Assembly: GCA_030141605.1 (NCBI GenBank)
Contig: JAQGDQ010000032.1
Span: 813,184 to 877,183, forward strand
Length of the DNA stretch: 64,000 bases
Direction of reading: 5' to 3'
Origin: Tubiluchus corallicola
Taxonomy: Eukaryota; Animalia; Priapulida
The notes beneath the pieces were generated by a model. It had not been told where the DNA came from. It saw only the letters and a list, made by a program, of their open reading frames with translations, and made no database searches. The position numbers and the translations under genes were made by a program. This document shows positions 27,221 through 39,930 of the stretch, in pieces (the first letter of the stretch is position 1; every line of letters starts with the position of its first letter).

Positions 27221-30200
27221 TTTGAGAACTACTTTTGGAATTGCAAATTTTTATGTCATGGCTACGCTTGTATGGTCATGGTATCAAATAATCTGATAAA
27301 TGGTTTATACAGCAGATATACACATATTTTGTTTAATATAAAGTTAAACGCACATTTTTGCTGGACAATAATAATATGCTTCATAGTTTCTATAAATACA
27401 TGTTTTACCTATCCTGTTCATCACTGCTGCGACGAGTGGATATTTGTCAATAAGCCATTGCAGGTGTTTGTAGACCAAGAAATGTATTATGTTAAAGTAA
27501 ATGCAACAAGGGCGCAATTTTACAAACAGCATTACTGTGTTGAAATAATAAAAATTCCTATACATAGTGTGTGTAGTAAGCGAGAGAGCATACTTATGTT
27601 TTTAGACTATCTTTAATAGTAATTGCATGTGTGGCAGAATTAGAGATAAGATCAAGATTTATCTGTATTTCAATACTTTGTATAGTATTATACTCTGAAA
27701 CACGACAACAGTGTTCAAAATTTGTAACTATGATTGAAATTGTTCTCTGTTTTGCGGGCACGGTAAAAAACAACAGCGAGAAGTCATTAAAACTCACATT
27801 GTCTCAATGACTCATGCACACTGCCTCTGCATAAACTGACGTGTGCGGTGCAACTGCACAATCAAAAAACGCTCAGGCAGTGGTGCTTGTAAAGAGAAAT
27901 AATGGCAGGATACATACGCTGCGACGGCATGCTATTACGTTAGCTAATTAGCGATAGCGTGCTGCGACATTGTTTGTGCAAGAGAGATTTCTTGCAACGG
28001 TGAGGTGAAGCCCGCCCCTCTTATGTACAAAATTATTGACTGCCCGTTTTCGCACGTTTCTTTGCGAGGTGCTATTCAAATACGCTCGCGTGTATCGTGA
28101 TTGTGCGAGGATACCAAAGGTTTCCCACGCCGTCTCATAGGCCGCATTATGCCCCAATTGCTTAGCCTTGGATTTCAATTTTTCTGTTTTATGATATTTC
28201 ACTTTCCAAGTGAACATGGAGCATCTGTATGAGTAAAGCACCTATAATGGAATTTTGGAATAACTCTCACCTTTTAAATCAGGACTGAATGCATATAAAC
28301 GTGTCGCGCTGTCTAGCTAATTAATCTGTGACTTTTATTTATACCATGACAAATTGATAGAATTACTTTGAGTTAGCGTCTCATCAAAGATAATGACGTA
28401 CAAACATTTAAATCCCTATCCAATTGATAGGCCCCTGAAAGAAGATAATGTTACTTTAGTAAACAAGTTAATACAATTATTTAAACTGAACATGCAGAGA
28501 CAAAGGTATTTATTTAAAATTCTTTTTTGTGCCATTAAGTCTCAAGAAAGACAATTCGAAAATTTCAAAATATTTCATTATTCACATTAGACCCACACAC
28601 TTTAACATAGAAAGCTTGGCCACAAATTTAGTTAATTTTGGCCACGTATAGGCAGCTTGTGGGTGTTTGATTTGGACACAGATAAATTGGACACAAGGTA
28701 TTTTGAACACATATTTAGGTTATTTGGACGCATAAGACATTTGGTGCAAGAATGAAGTAGTAGCTTCCGCTTCAGTAACGAACAGCAACTTGCCGTTTGG
28801 TTAACCCAAACGAAAAGGCGTGGTAATTTCGTATAGTTTTCGCTAGAATGTGACTCCAGTCTAAAAATCGAGACAACCAGTTGAAAACTGAACGTGTGAA
28901 TGAGGTGCTATCTAGACAAAAAAGCTTGTTTTAGCCATTTGCCCATTAACCGAAAATGTTAGAAGCCAGTTCACGAATGATAATTTTTCTAATGTTATTG
29001 ATGTGTTTGAAGACGAAGTAGTGAAGTTATTTACCGATTGATTGGTGCTGTTTAAGGAGTAGGCCACTGACTTTCATCAAACAAAAATCATTCCATAAGA
29101 TTCGGCCAATTTCATTGGAGATTGTTCTCAGGTTTGTTGTGTATAGTATTGCATTTTGTATGTTGGCACTGTATATAGGTTTGCTTTAGATGGCAGTGAA
29201 TTTTCTTGGATGCGTGTTTTACCTAACGACGTTTTCGATTATGGAATAAGCCTAACTTCAAACTTGTATTATTTGGACTATGCAACTAACCTGGTTGTAT
29301 GTACTAGATATACCACATTTCCCACAGAAAAAAATCATTTCTTGCAGCATTTCAGCTTTGTTAGGCTTCTACCTGACAATATTTGTCTGATCTCAGGTCA
29401 TCAAGAAACAAAATGTTGCTTGGCGCATAGTGTATGCAATGCTGATTTTGACAATCGTTAACTGAAATGTCCTCTCTATCCTCAAAAGTAGCTTGTTGAA
29501 GCGCATTTTAGAGTGACAATTGAAATCGTAAAATAACAAACCTGTTCTTCTTTGGAAATTTGTTTTCTATTAAAATCAATTAGTCGAGTACATTTATAGG
29601 AATTTTGAATTATTTTGCTCTTGGAATGTGGGTGCTCCTACGTAACAAGTCGTGCAAGACTTCTGGAATTTATGAAAGGGTTACTTATATGCATCAGTCG
29701 ATTAGTTCCATTTAACAGATGTAAAGTAACTCCATTATTATCCCAACAGCGGCTCTTCAGTTCACGCTATTTTAGCCTCACCGACGGCAGGTGGGTTAAT
29801 GAGAACACACACGGATTTCAACCACAATTCAGAGAATAACCTTACCTGGCAAATTAGCAACACAATAGCTTCTACATGGCACGAGCACAATAGATAAATT
29901 AGAAATGCGCCTATTGTGTTGTGGTAAGCAGTGGACACTGGTCAAGATCTATTAATAAACATGGCACACGTCAAGCAGCAGCTGGTCACTGGTCAGTGAA
30001 AGATGTAGAGAATTCTGACAGCTGTGAGCAGCTTTTCTTCATGCTGCCTCGACGGTAGTAGATAGACATCATGATTTGGGAATTTAAACTATAAAGTGAT
30101 ACCACCAAGAAATTGTGAAGGCTCAGCGCTGTACTGAATATGCTTCCAAGGCGTAATGTTCAACACAGAAAAATTTAGAAACAGAATTGATTTGCCTAGT

Positions 30201-30467
30201 TTAGTGCTAGTACATGTATATTGACGCTAGCTAATATATGCAGTTTAAAATTAAATGCAGAAATATTAATAAAACGCTGAAAATGGCATCATAATAATTT
30301 CTGCCGTTACCGTTGGTAACCATCATGATCTTTCGGAGGACATTAGCTGTGATCACTCGTGCTCTGTAAAGAGTAAAATTTCGTCTTTAAGTAAAAGAGC
30401 TATATCAGTTTATAAATAAAAGAACCCATTTAAAAAAAATAGAAGTGGGCTTAATTTCTTTTTATTC

Positions 30468-30706
30468 TATGAAATTAGGTCTCACCATATTGAGTAACAT
30501 TATAACTGAAATATGTCAAGCTGCATGATTTTTCAACTGACTTAAAACCCAGCCTAAACATTAAACATCGGCTAAACTGCTCCTCTATATGAAATTAGGT
30601 CTCACCATATTGAATAACATTATAACTGAAATATGTCAAGCTGCATGATTTTTCAACTGACTTAAAACCCAGCCTAAACATTAAACATCGGCTAAACTGC
30701 TCCTCT
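30468..30706. repeat. Recent 120-bp tandem duplication (2 copies)
   Basis: tatgaaattaggtctcacc...gctaaactgctcctct repeated with period 120 and a single visible mismatch. Confidence 0.95.
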
Positions 30707-30813
30707 GCACATACAATAACTGAATTTCCAAAAAACAAAAATTAGTGCCAACTTTTCCTATACAAACGTAATCCAAAATTATGCTTAAAGCATTTGTCTC
30801 CCTTCTTCACTTC

Positions 30814-30817
30814 CTCG

Positions 30818-30880
<63 letters not shown>

Positions 30881-30890
30881 TCCCTCTCTG
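30814..30890. repeat. (CT)n microsatellite
   Basis: Direct inspection. Confidence 0.95.
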
Positions 30891-33259
30891 ATTTTCTATC
30901 CATCTCTTTCTTCCTCCTTCTTTCTCTCGTTTCTTGGCTTTTAAAGCGACTAAAACATTAGATCGAATAACTCAAAATAATTGCAGTATAAGATCATCTT
31001 AGCTGCAGTATATCTTTCAGCTCAGGCTTATTATCTTTCACTACATTAAAAACAAACGCAACAAAATTATGATAACGATGCCATTTTCCCCAAGTGACGC
31101 CCAGGCGATAAATCAGTTCGTTTCGTCATAGCGCACGTGCCAAGCAATTATAATTATTATCATTACAGACATCAGCAGTGTTTACGCTAGAGCTTAATGC
31201 AGAATAACGAACAATACTGGGTTAACTCTGCACACAATGCACAATTAGCCATGGATCAACATAGAACTTCTGCCGCTATCATCCTGCCTTTATTCTAGTC
31301 TAAATATAGAATTCACAATTTTACTTCCCAGGCTACCAGTAAGGAAAGAGACTTAATTAAATTTTTATGTCTACAGAATGCGAGGACAACCAGTTTGTCT
31401 ACAAAGTAAAGTCGCTTATTTAACACACGAAAATTCCTCTGGACAGCTGTCAAGTGACTAAATTGCAAAAAAAAATCAAAAAATGAGGTCTCGAGTTGGT
31501 TTTGAACTAGCAAAGAACAAAAACCAACGTGTTAACCATGCGGCTTGCTTGTTAAACAGAACAATCCCGGTTTAAATATACATAACATGTAATTGTAATA
31601 CAGTCGCTGCTCTTTTTTTAGTTTATAAACGAGTTTTTTGCATAAACGATATAAAATACTATATTCCACATTTCATATTTTTACAAGAAGAGAATTTTTC
31701 ATAAGGAAAATTGCGGTGTTGATAATTCTAATTAAACTGTGAGTTAATGAATGTCCCTATTATTAACTTTATTCACTTAATCAGAATGAACCAAATGGCT
31801 TTTTAAATTAGATGTTCATAAAATATTGCTTCTTGCTACTAGTCCACCCAAGTTACGAGATGCAATATCGCACAAGCTATTACTATCATAAGCTTGCTCT
31901 TTGTGTAGATGTCCAGCTATGAAAGGATTAGTCATCATCATCATTGATTGATTGCATTGATAATCAATGCGATAAAGGCGGATTAATTGATAAGCAGTTT
32001 TTCCTGGTGAGTAAGCCTAGTGTGCGTCCACCAGCACGTGTCTACACGCAACAGGTGCTGTGCGTGAGACGTATTAACCGATGTTCCCACGATTAAATTC
32101 CGCCCCTTTTGGTTTATAAAGAAAGGAAGAAAGAGTGAGGGAGTGTGGATGTTGCGTTAAAACGATATTCGAGCTTGATCACCGATCCTAGACGCCTATA
32201 TTAACGCTGTATAATTAGGTTAATTATATTGTTACAATACAGGAATTTACTTGTAAATTTCTAATACTGTATTATAATATTTTTACAGGATTTTTATAGT
32301 GCACTGCGTATAATATGTACCTCCTTAACGTAAGTTGACGTAACGCAACTGCAGTTGTTTGATGCATTTTATTTTACTTCCTGCGACCAATTAAAATTTC
32401 TAAATATAGGTCTCTTAAAAAATGGTGTCGTGTTATATATACATAATTTGTATTTCTAACAAATGATGGCTATAAACAATTTAGTTATTCAGGAAGAAGC
32501 AGCAAAAAAAAGAAATATTAAGCTCAGCAATTTACAGATACATGAAGCAAAGAAAGAATGAAACCGAAGTAAAACCCAATTCAGCAATTTTAAGCATCTC
32601 CACATTTTTAACAAGTGAGGTTTGAGTTATAGTTTCAATTCTCGACTAGTTAGCCCTATGCACTAACAACTGTAGCAAGTAGTCTTATTAAAAGAGTTCT
32701 AATTAATAAATCTAGTTTTTACCCTGAAAGTAAACATTCTATTCTACTAGCTTTTATACCAAAAGAAAATCTTATAGTTGATGAGATTATTCATAAGCGT
32801 GTTAACCTGTTTACGCAGAATTCGTGCGTTGAATTGCACCTCCGAGCACCTGAATTGAATGTTAAGAAAACTCGTGCAGCTGGCTGACATTTTAATCGTA
32901 ATTAGACAAAATGCAAGGAAGCCAGGAGCACAGGCCATCACGGTGCATTAAATTACGAGAAACTTCGCAAATAGCACCAGTAAGGGGCTCGTTGCGGAAT
33001 TTTAAGAGAAACAATTCTCTTAAGAACGAGAAAATTAAGTTTTCTCAGTCGGTTGGTATGCAGTTAACGTACGTGTTGCTTAAACCGGCCAGTAACTCAT
33101 TGTATTGAAGAGCAATATATATGGTTAGACCCGCAAATTAAATGACTTTTATGTCGCAGCGCTAATAGGTAAAATTACACCAGCTTTTCTGTCGCAGGCG
33201 ACAATATAACAATTTCCTTTTGTAGGACATCGTTAAATTACGATGCTGGATGCTTGATC

Positions 33260-33653
33260 TAAAAACTGGATGCTGACAGTTGGAAATAATAAATTTTGCG
33301 TACCTGATAGTACCTATCGATTACTGCCTATATTACGACAATTGTTTTGTACCACATTATTAAAAACTAATACATCTGCAATGGAAATATAATTTTTATT
33401 TCTATTAAACTAAATAGAAGTATAACATATCACACATTGAAAAAGCATAGGCCAACATGTGTATATGGACCATACAATCTTTCGCATTAATAACTTCAAG
33501 CATTCTAGATAATTTCATATATGGGCTCGAAGATAGGCCTGCAGTTCTTGATGTACGACCTCAGATTTCAGTCTATGAAAGTAAAAACTGGATGCTGACA
33601 GTTCGAAATAAGAAATTTTGCGTACCTGATAGTACCTATCGATTACTGCCTAT
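33260..33653. repeat. ~72-bp direct repeat, copies 33260-33331 and 33582-33653
   Basis: taaaaactggatgctgacagtt.gaaataa.aaattttgcgtacctgatagtacctatcgattactgcctat occurs twice. Confidence 0.9.
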
Positions 33654-34815
33654 TTAGAGTGAATACTCTTACACATTATGCGTGTATATAGAAGTACAAT
33701 TATAATAAAAAAATCACATGGAGCGAAGCAGTAGAGAAATGTAGAGAATACACGCGCTCAACAATGAATAAAATACTGGCGAATGACATAGTAAATGAGT
33801 ACTCATTCGCTCACTCCACTCACATTCATGCTTCCCCACTCAGTCACCCCTCACGCACCCGTCACACACCCACTCCCTCTCTCATTAAGAAACTTTTGTT
33901 CCTCTCAATAAAAGGTGGTGACTGAAAATCACTAAAGATTTTACGCGAGTTTAAATAAAAAAAAATTCCTTAGACGAACTTAAGGCGGTTTTTTCTTTAA
34001 ACAATTTGAAAAACAGCAAGTAATATGTAAAAGCAAGTTTTTCTAAACCTAAAACATGTTCAGCGCATCTGAAGTCACCTAGCTAGAACATAAGTGCGAA
34101 GTGGTGATTTCAGAAATTTACACATCGATTGTTGGAATTGTTGGGATGCGAATTTAGAAGTTCCGGCTATGCTTTATTAAGCAGTTTTAGCAAAATCCTA
34201 CAAACAAACAATCAAACAAACTAAGGAAGGAAAGAACGAACAAACCAGCAGAGACAACAAACGAAAACGTATGTTGCTTCATTTTTCACTGTGCTACGAA
34301 GCGAGCCCCTTGGCTGCCCTGTCGGGTCTCTCACTACGATCTACTACGGGAGTGGATTTTGATTGGCTGAGCCATTCATTCATTCATGAACGATGCTGCG
34401 CACAAAGTGCGTGACACGAGCAAGCGCGTGCCACAGTAATATTCCACAACCACGAGCAATGAACGTGTTGTACCCAAAACAGCGTGTAAACGCATGTGTA
34501 GCTTAGCTTTACTGAAATATTGAGTTTCTGAATGTAGTCATACGAAGAACTTTTTAATTAATAGTTTTTGTTCCTAAAGTTATTGATCAATTTAAAAAAG
34601 GACACATTCTAGTGCTGAATGACTTCTTGCTTAACAGTGTCGATGTCAGACTAATCATATAGTCGCCGCTAATGCAGCCAAAAGAACAAATCATATTTCA
34701 CTGATCTTAAAGGACTTATTAACTCGGTTATAGCTGGAATTATATAAGATGTGATGAATGAATCTTGACAGGTAATTATCTTGCAACCTACTTACAGAAT
34801 CTCTGAGGAAAGAGG

Positions 34816-34864
34816 ATGAAGCTGAAAGAGCACACAGTTCTATTGTTGATGTGCCTATTTTGCG
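34816..34864 (+). CDS. Candidate first coding exon (signal peptide) of an unidentified secreted or membrane protein gene
   Basis: MKLKEHTVLLLMCLFC then G|GTAAGT (strong phase-1 donor); in-frame stop 12 nt upstream; CpG-rich region with CCAAT and tcattc initiator-like motifs at ~34290-34430. Confidence 0.4.
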
Positions 34865-37110
34865 GTAAGTGAAGAAATACTTTTTGCAGTTTCCCTGCGT
34901 ACAGTTTTAGCGACCGTGTTAAATATTTGAATAGTTCGGCTTATGAGTTACGAACTGGATGCAATTTAGCAAAACTGCTTTTTTAAGTTAGGTTAAATTG
35001 GTTTTAAATTACCATTTTCTATTTGTATTGTGGTTGCAGTCACCAACTTCAAACACCAGATAACGTTAATCGCACAAATTACGAAACTTACGAAAACTAT
35101 GACTTTTTAAAGCATCTTCTATAATCATAGAAAGGTCGAGTAAAGCTTATTATAGGTAGATTTTAAATATCATGTTTACCATTCAAGCTACTTTACATAA
35201 ATTATTTAAAAGAATAATCCTTTATCTTTTAGTCTAGATATAATTTTACAAAACATTATGATTAATATCAAATTAGTAAAATTGTCACACGCTAAAGAGT
35301 AAAAAAAGTTGCACGCTAAAAAACTGTGCCCGCTGAAAAAGTTGAGTTGATGTTATTTCGTTAGTAAAATTATTTGGTTGTCTCTTTTTCAAAATAGGGA
35401 ACGTTATGCATGTTAAGCCTATTTGATTAACATTTGGTATTTACCTGGAAATACGCGGATTAGACCAATTGTGTTTCCGTGTCCTTATTAATACAGGACG
35501 TTCTGAAAAATAGTCAGGCAACATGAAACTTGTCGTAGGTACCTTTGCGCTTTGTTATTGTCAACAAAGTTTTGGCATAAATCACCGCAAGACATTGTTG
35601 TAAATGTAATTTCATCTGACTAGCAGCTGGCTTACTCCAGCTTTTAGCACAGTTTCAAAAGAAACTGATGTTATAAACGACTTGGTTCTCTTTAGCATAG
35701 GTATTACTAGGATACTTAAACGCTAGATTACACGCACTTGACTGACTACATTATATTTGGGCATAAAAATGCCGAACATGTTCTAGCTATTGCTAATATA
35801 AGCAGCAGTCCACTGTTCCAAGGCTTTCGCAAAAGCTAGACTAGAGACTAAACTTGGCACCTAATAAATTCACTAGCTCTTTAGTGATATAATTCGGGCC
35901 ATTTTGTGGTACTTTGTGTACAAACATCTGCTTTCAACTACATTGCTTTCAATCATTATTGCAGTACATTAATACATATATATATATGAATTTTTTTTCG
36001 CTCTTACTGCATTCTATTCTAAGCGATTTTTTGTTGTTATATTTTCTTTGGTTCGTTTTTCTTTTATTGGTATGTTTTTTCCTTTCCTTCTTTCTTTCTT
36101 GCTTTTATTTTTTAACAATCTCTCCACCATATATATATATATATATATATATACGCGGATTATAGTTTCTTTCTTACTTTTCCTTGATTATTTTTATTTT
36201 CTCACTTTTCATCCTTTGTGTTCCGTTATAATTTCCTAACCAGCATTTTATCGTAAACGTCTGTAGGGATGAACACGATTTGGGTTTTAATTTGTCGACG
36301 GAAAGTCTTTGATCTTAGATTGAATTATCATTTCCTTCTTACTGAGTTCTAAATGTTTCCCAATGTATATTTTTTCACGCTGAAAGTTTATTGTTACAGT
36401 TTTCTCGAGTTCATAAACTTTCAGTGATCCGTAAAACAAGTATTAAAATCATCATAAATGAGCATTGGTGTTACACTAAACATGTTGAAAGAAAACGACA
36501 AGATAAATTTTTTTCCTAGAAACAAAAGAGAAGGCACATGCTAATTATAAAAATTAGTGTGAGAATCACTGCAAGAATTAAGTTTTTGTAAATTTTACAT
36601 ACGTTTCTCATAAGACTATTAGGCATTATTTTTATTTTTGAGTTACTTGTTCGCGAATAACTCCATTTCACCGGGTTCTTCTCGTTTGCGTAATACAAAA
36701 CTTTGCCATTCACTCACTGTGTGGTAAACAGTGCGTACTAAATTTTCACAAATTTGGATCCATGGCAACTGCAAAGCCTGTTAACAGTTAGCTTATTATC
36801 ATCACCATTTCAGCCGAGCTTTTTTATATCGTGTTGGTCGTCATGTCTTGGAGCGTGGCCACTAGGCATTCATTTCCCGAAAAATTTATTTCTATCCTAG
36901 ATATCCCCAATTTTCCGACGGTTTAGTATTGTTTCAGCAGTAAAAATTCTTTGAGCAGATGACGTTGACAATGGCACAATTCTGAATTCTAATTAAGCGC
37001 AGATGCTTTTAATCATTTAATAATGAAGTTCACAGGGCAAAGCTAAATGGGCAACAACTAGAACGAAAGAGGGGAGAGAGAAGAGAGAATGAGTGAGAGA
37101 CAAAAGAGAG

Positions 37111-37280
<170 letters not shown>

Positions 37281-39930
37281 AAAGAGAGGAAAGAGAGAAA
37301 TAGAAATGGTGTGAGAGAATGGAAGCAATAGATGAAAGTTGCGCCTTGGCCGATATAAACCTGAGAGTGTAGCGAGCAGCGATGTGAAAGTGAAGCCCAT
37401 CAATGCTCACCGACTTTTGTTGTTCATTTCTGAGGGCCGTGAAAGACCAAATAAGCGAGTAACCCATTCTTCGCATTTCGGACTAGTTTTCACTGAGCGT
37501 ACACAGTAGTAAACCATAAACTGCTTTAGCTGTATGCTATGCCTAGACCACATCTGTGCAAAACTGAATGAGTCGCTTTCATTTATATGTATATTTCTGG
37601 TAAATTTGATTGCAGCGCATTACGAGGAAATGAAAAGATTTTTGAACAAATCAAGACCAAACGCATATCAATGTGAATTTGATTTGTAGCATATTTCTTG
37701 TGGGATTTCTCCACGAATATCCCAGGGAATTTTGACATTCCTCGCTTTCGCTGTCTTCTGCCAACAATTTACTAGCAGCTTAAGAAAAGCTTTGCCAAGA
37801 ATGTAAGATGATGATAGAACTGACAAAATATGATCACTGGCGCTGTAATACCCTTGCTGACTGTAAAAATTGGATACAACTTGACGAATCAGCGCGTTAA
37901 TGTATAAATTCAATGTATTAAGTAAGGATATATACTGTTGTAATGTCATCACTCTAAGTACTATGCATATTACAAGGGAACGAAATCACAGTAACACAAA
38001 CAACAAGTTACTAACAATAGTATAATTTGTGTTATTAACGGTATAATTTAAAGTTGCAAAGCCTGGGCTTATCTCCTGTTCTTTATCCCCGAATTGAATT
38101 TCTCTGTGATACGACCAAGACCTTTTAAATGTGCATAAAGAAAATGGCAGTCGACAACGCCAACAAAGTAGTGAAAATGCAGTGGCACAAAAATTCTGCG
38201 CCATATTATGAAATTATTATAGTAGCTTCTTCTTACAATCACTCCTGGTACAGCAGTATTCTTCCATTACAGTAAGAAAAACAGGTCTTTCTAGCCTCTG
38301 ATCTAGTGGAGGTATAATTAATAGAGAATCGTCTTTTGTTATGTACTATACTCACTGCAGCGCATGCGCACTTGTGTTTTCTAGAAAAAGACCATCAGTC
38401 CTTTTCTCAAGAATGTGTGAGTACTCAATAGCCCGAAAATTACATCTGTAAATGTAACCTTTGACAACATAAAAATTTTCGCAATTGACAATTAAATTTT
38501 GAGATATGTAAAACAGAATTTTATGTCTTTCCTATAGTCTTTCATGGAATTATGAAACCCCTAAAGCAAGTCAAATAGCAAATGCAAGAACTATCTTGCA
38601 TTCTCTTGCATCTTTTTTTATAAAAAGTTGGTTTTTTGCGCCGTGTCCTCTTTGGGACTCAATATATTTTAGGCTCTCTGTTGCTTTACCATGTGATTTC
38701 ATATTTTTAGTGAATCGACATCTTTTGTTTTGTAGTCAATCGCGTACTAGCACAAAGTACTTGTAGTGTTCGAAGATAAGTATAATAGGACACCACTATG
38801 TTTAGACTTTTATTGACTGCAGTTACATTAAACGTATATCCGAAACAAAGCTCAAAGTTAAAAGCAAAGGACAAAGGCATGGGGCTAAATTTCAACGCGT
38901 ATTGTAACTCTATGATATCTCGGACTGGGCGCTTGTAATAGTATTTCTAATAAAAATAGTACACAACTCAGCATGATGGCGAATGCATGCCCGCTTTAAT
39001 TCTTTAAACCATGTTTAAAGTAATTCCAGATTCGTGTACACGCATTTCGTTATTTCAGATTCTCTTTGCTTTGACTACAGGCGCAGATGGGCATGCTTCT
39101 CCCAGCATGTAGTAAATCATTAAACACCTAGGATGAATTACAGGCAGCTCGCTGACCACAAGTAATTAAAGTGAATCGCCGTTCTGCAAACTGACCGAAT
39201 CCTGGTTGTCCCTATCATGTTTACTTGTATTGAATTCAGGGCAGATGAAATAGCACAATATCAATGATATCAATGTAAACAAGTAATAAAAAGGACAAAC
39301 TGTCAATTATGAAGTCACGTTAGAGCTTTAACTAAAGAACCTGAGTTCCATTCTTTAGGTTTTTTAACTGACCATCACTCAAAATTATAATTCGTGACAC
39401 TGACATTCTTTGTTACGAACTCTAAGGTTGTGGTTACTGAAGTCGAGGTCACAAAAGGTAGTGGGTGTTGTTTACTGCCACGGAGTGTACGTAAACGAAA
39501 GGCATGTCAAACATGCTCATTAGTTCACTTGGTTTTACAGTTTTAACCAGCCTTGCGTTATCAAAACGTCAGCATATTTAATTTTGCGTAGATTGTTTTC
39601 TATTTCATACTAATTTTGATTAATAATTAATACCACAGCTAGATCGTTCCCATTTGGGTTTGCTGATCACTGCAAGATTTCACGCAGTTCACATTCAATT
39701 ACAATAGGATATCTAATTTAATCTACAGCCAAGAAAAATGACAGAAATTGATGCGCGCTATGCCTTTCTGTCACTTTTCTGCTTTGCTACAGGCTTCAGC
39801 AAATCACTGCCGGGGATCGCCGGGATCGAATTAAAATGTATAAATGTAATTTTTGCGAAGTATGTACTTCTTGTGGGCATATGAGACAAAGGAATTAGAT
39901 AACGGCTTATTATGGTTTAATATTACTACA

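Noticed and set aside
27948-28241. 97-aa minus-strand ORF
   Set aside because: No recognisable family and no consistent exon chain
28667-28748. Short repeated atttggacac motifs suggesting an array
   Set aside because: Irregular spacing and poor identity; eukaryotic context; most likely transposon subterminal repeats, not CRISPR
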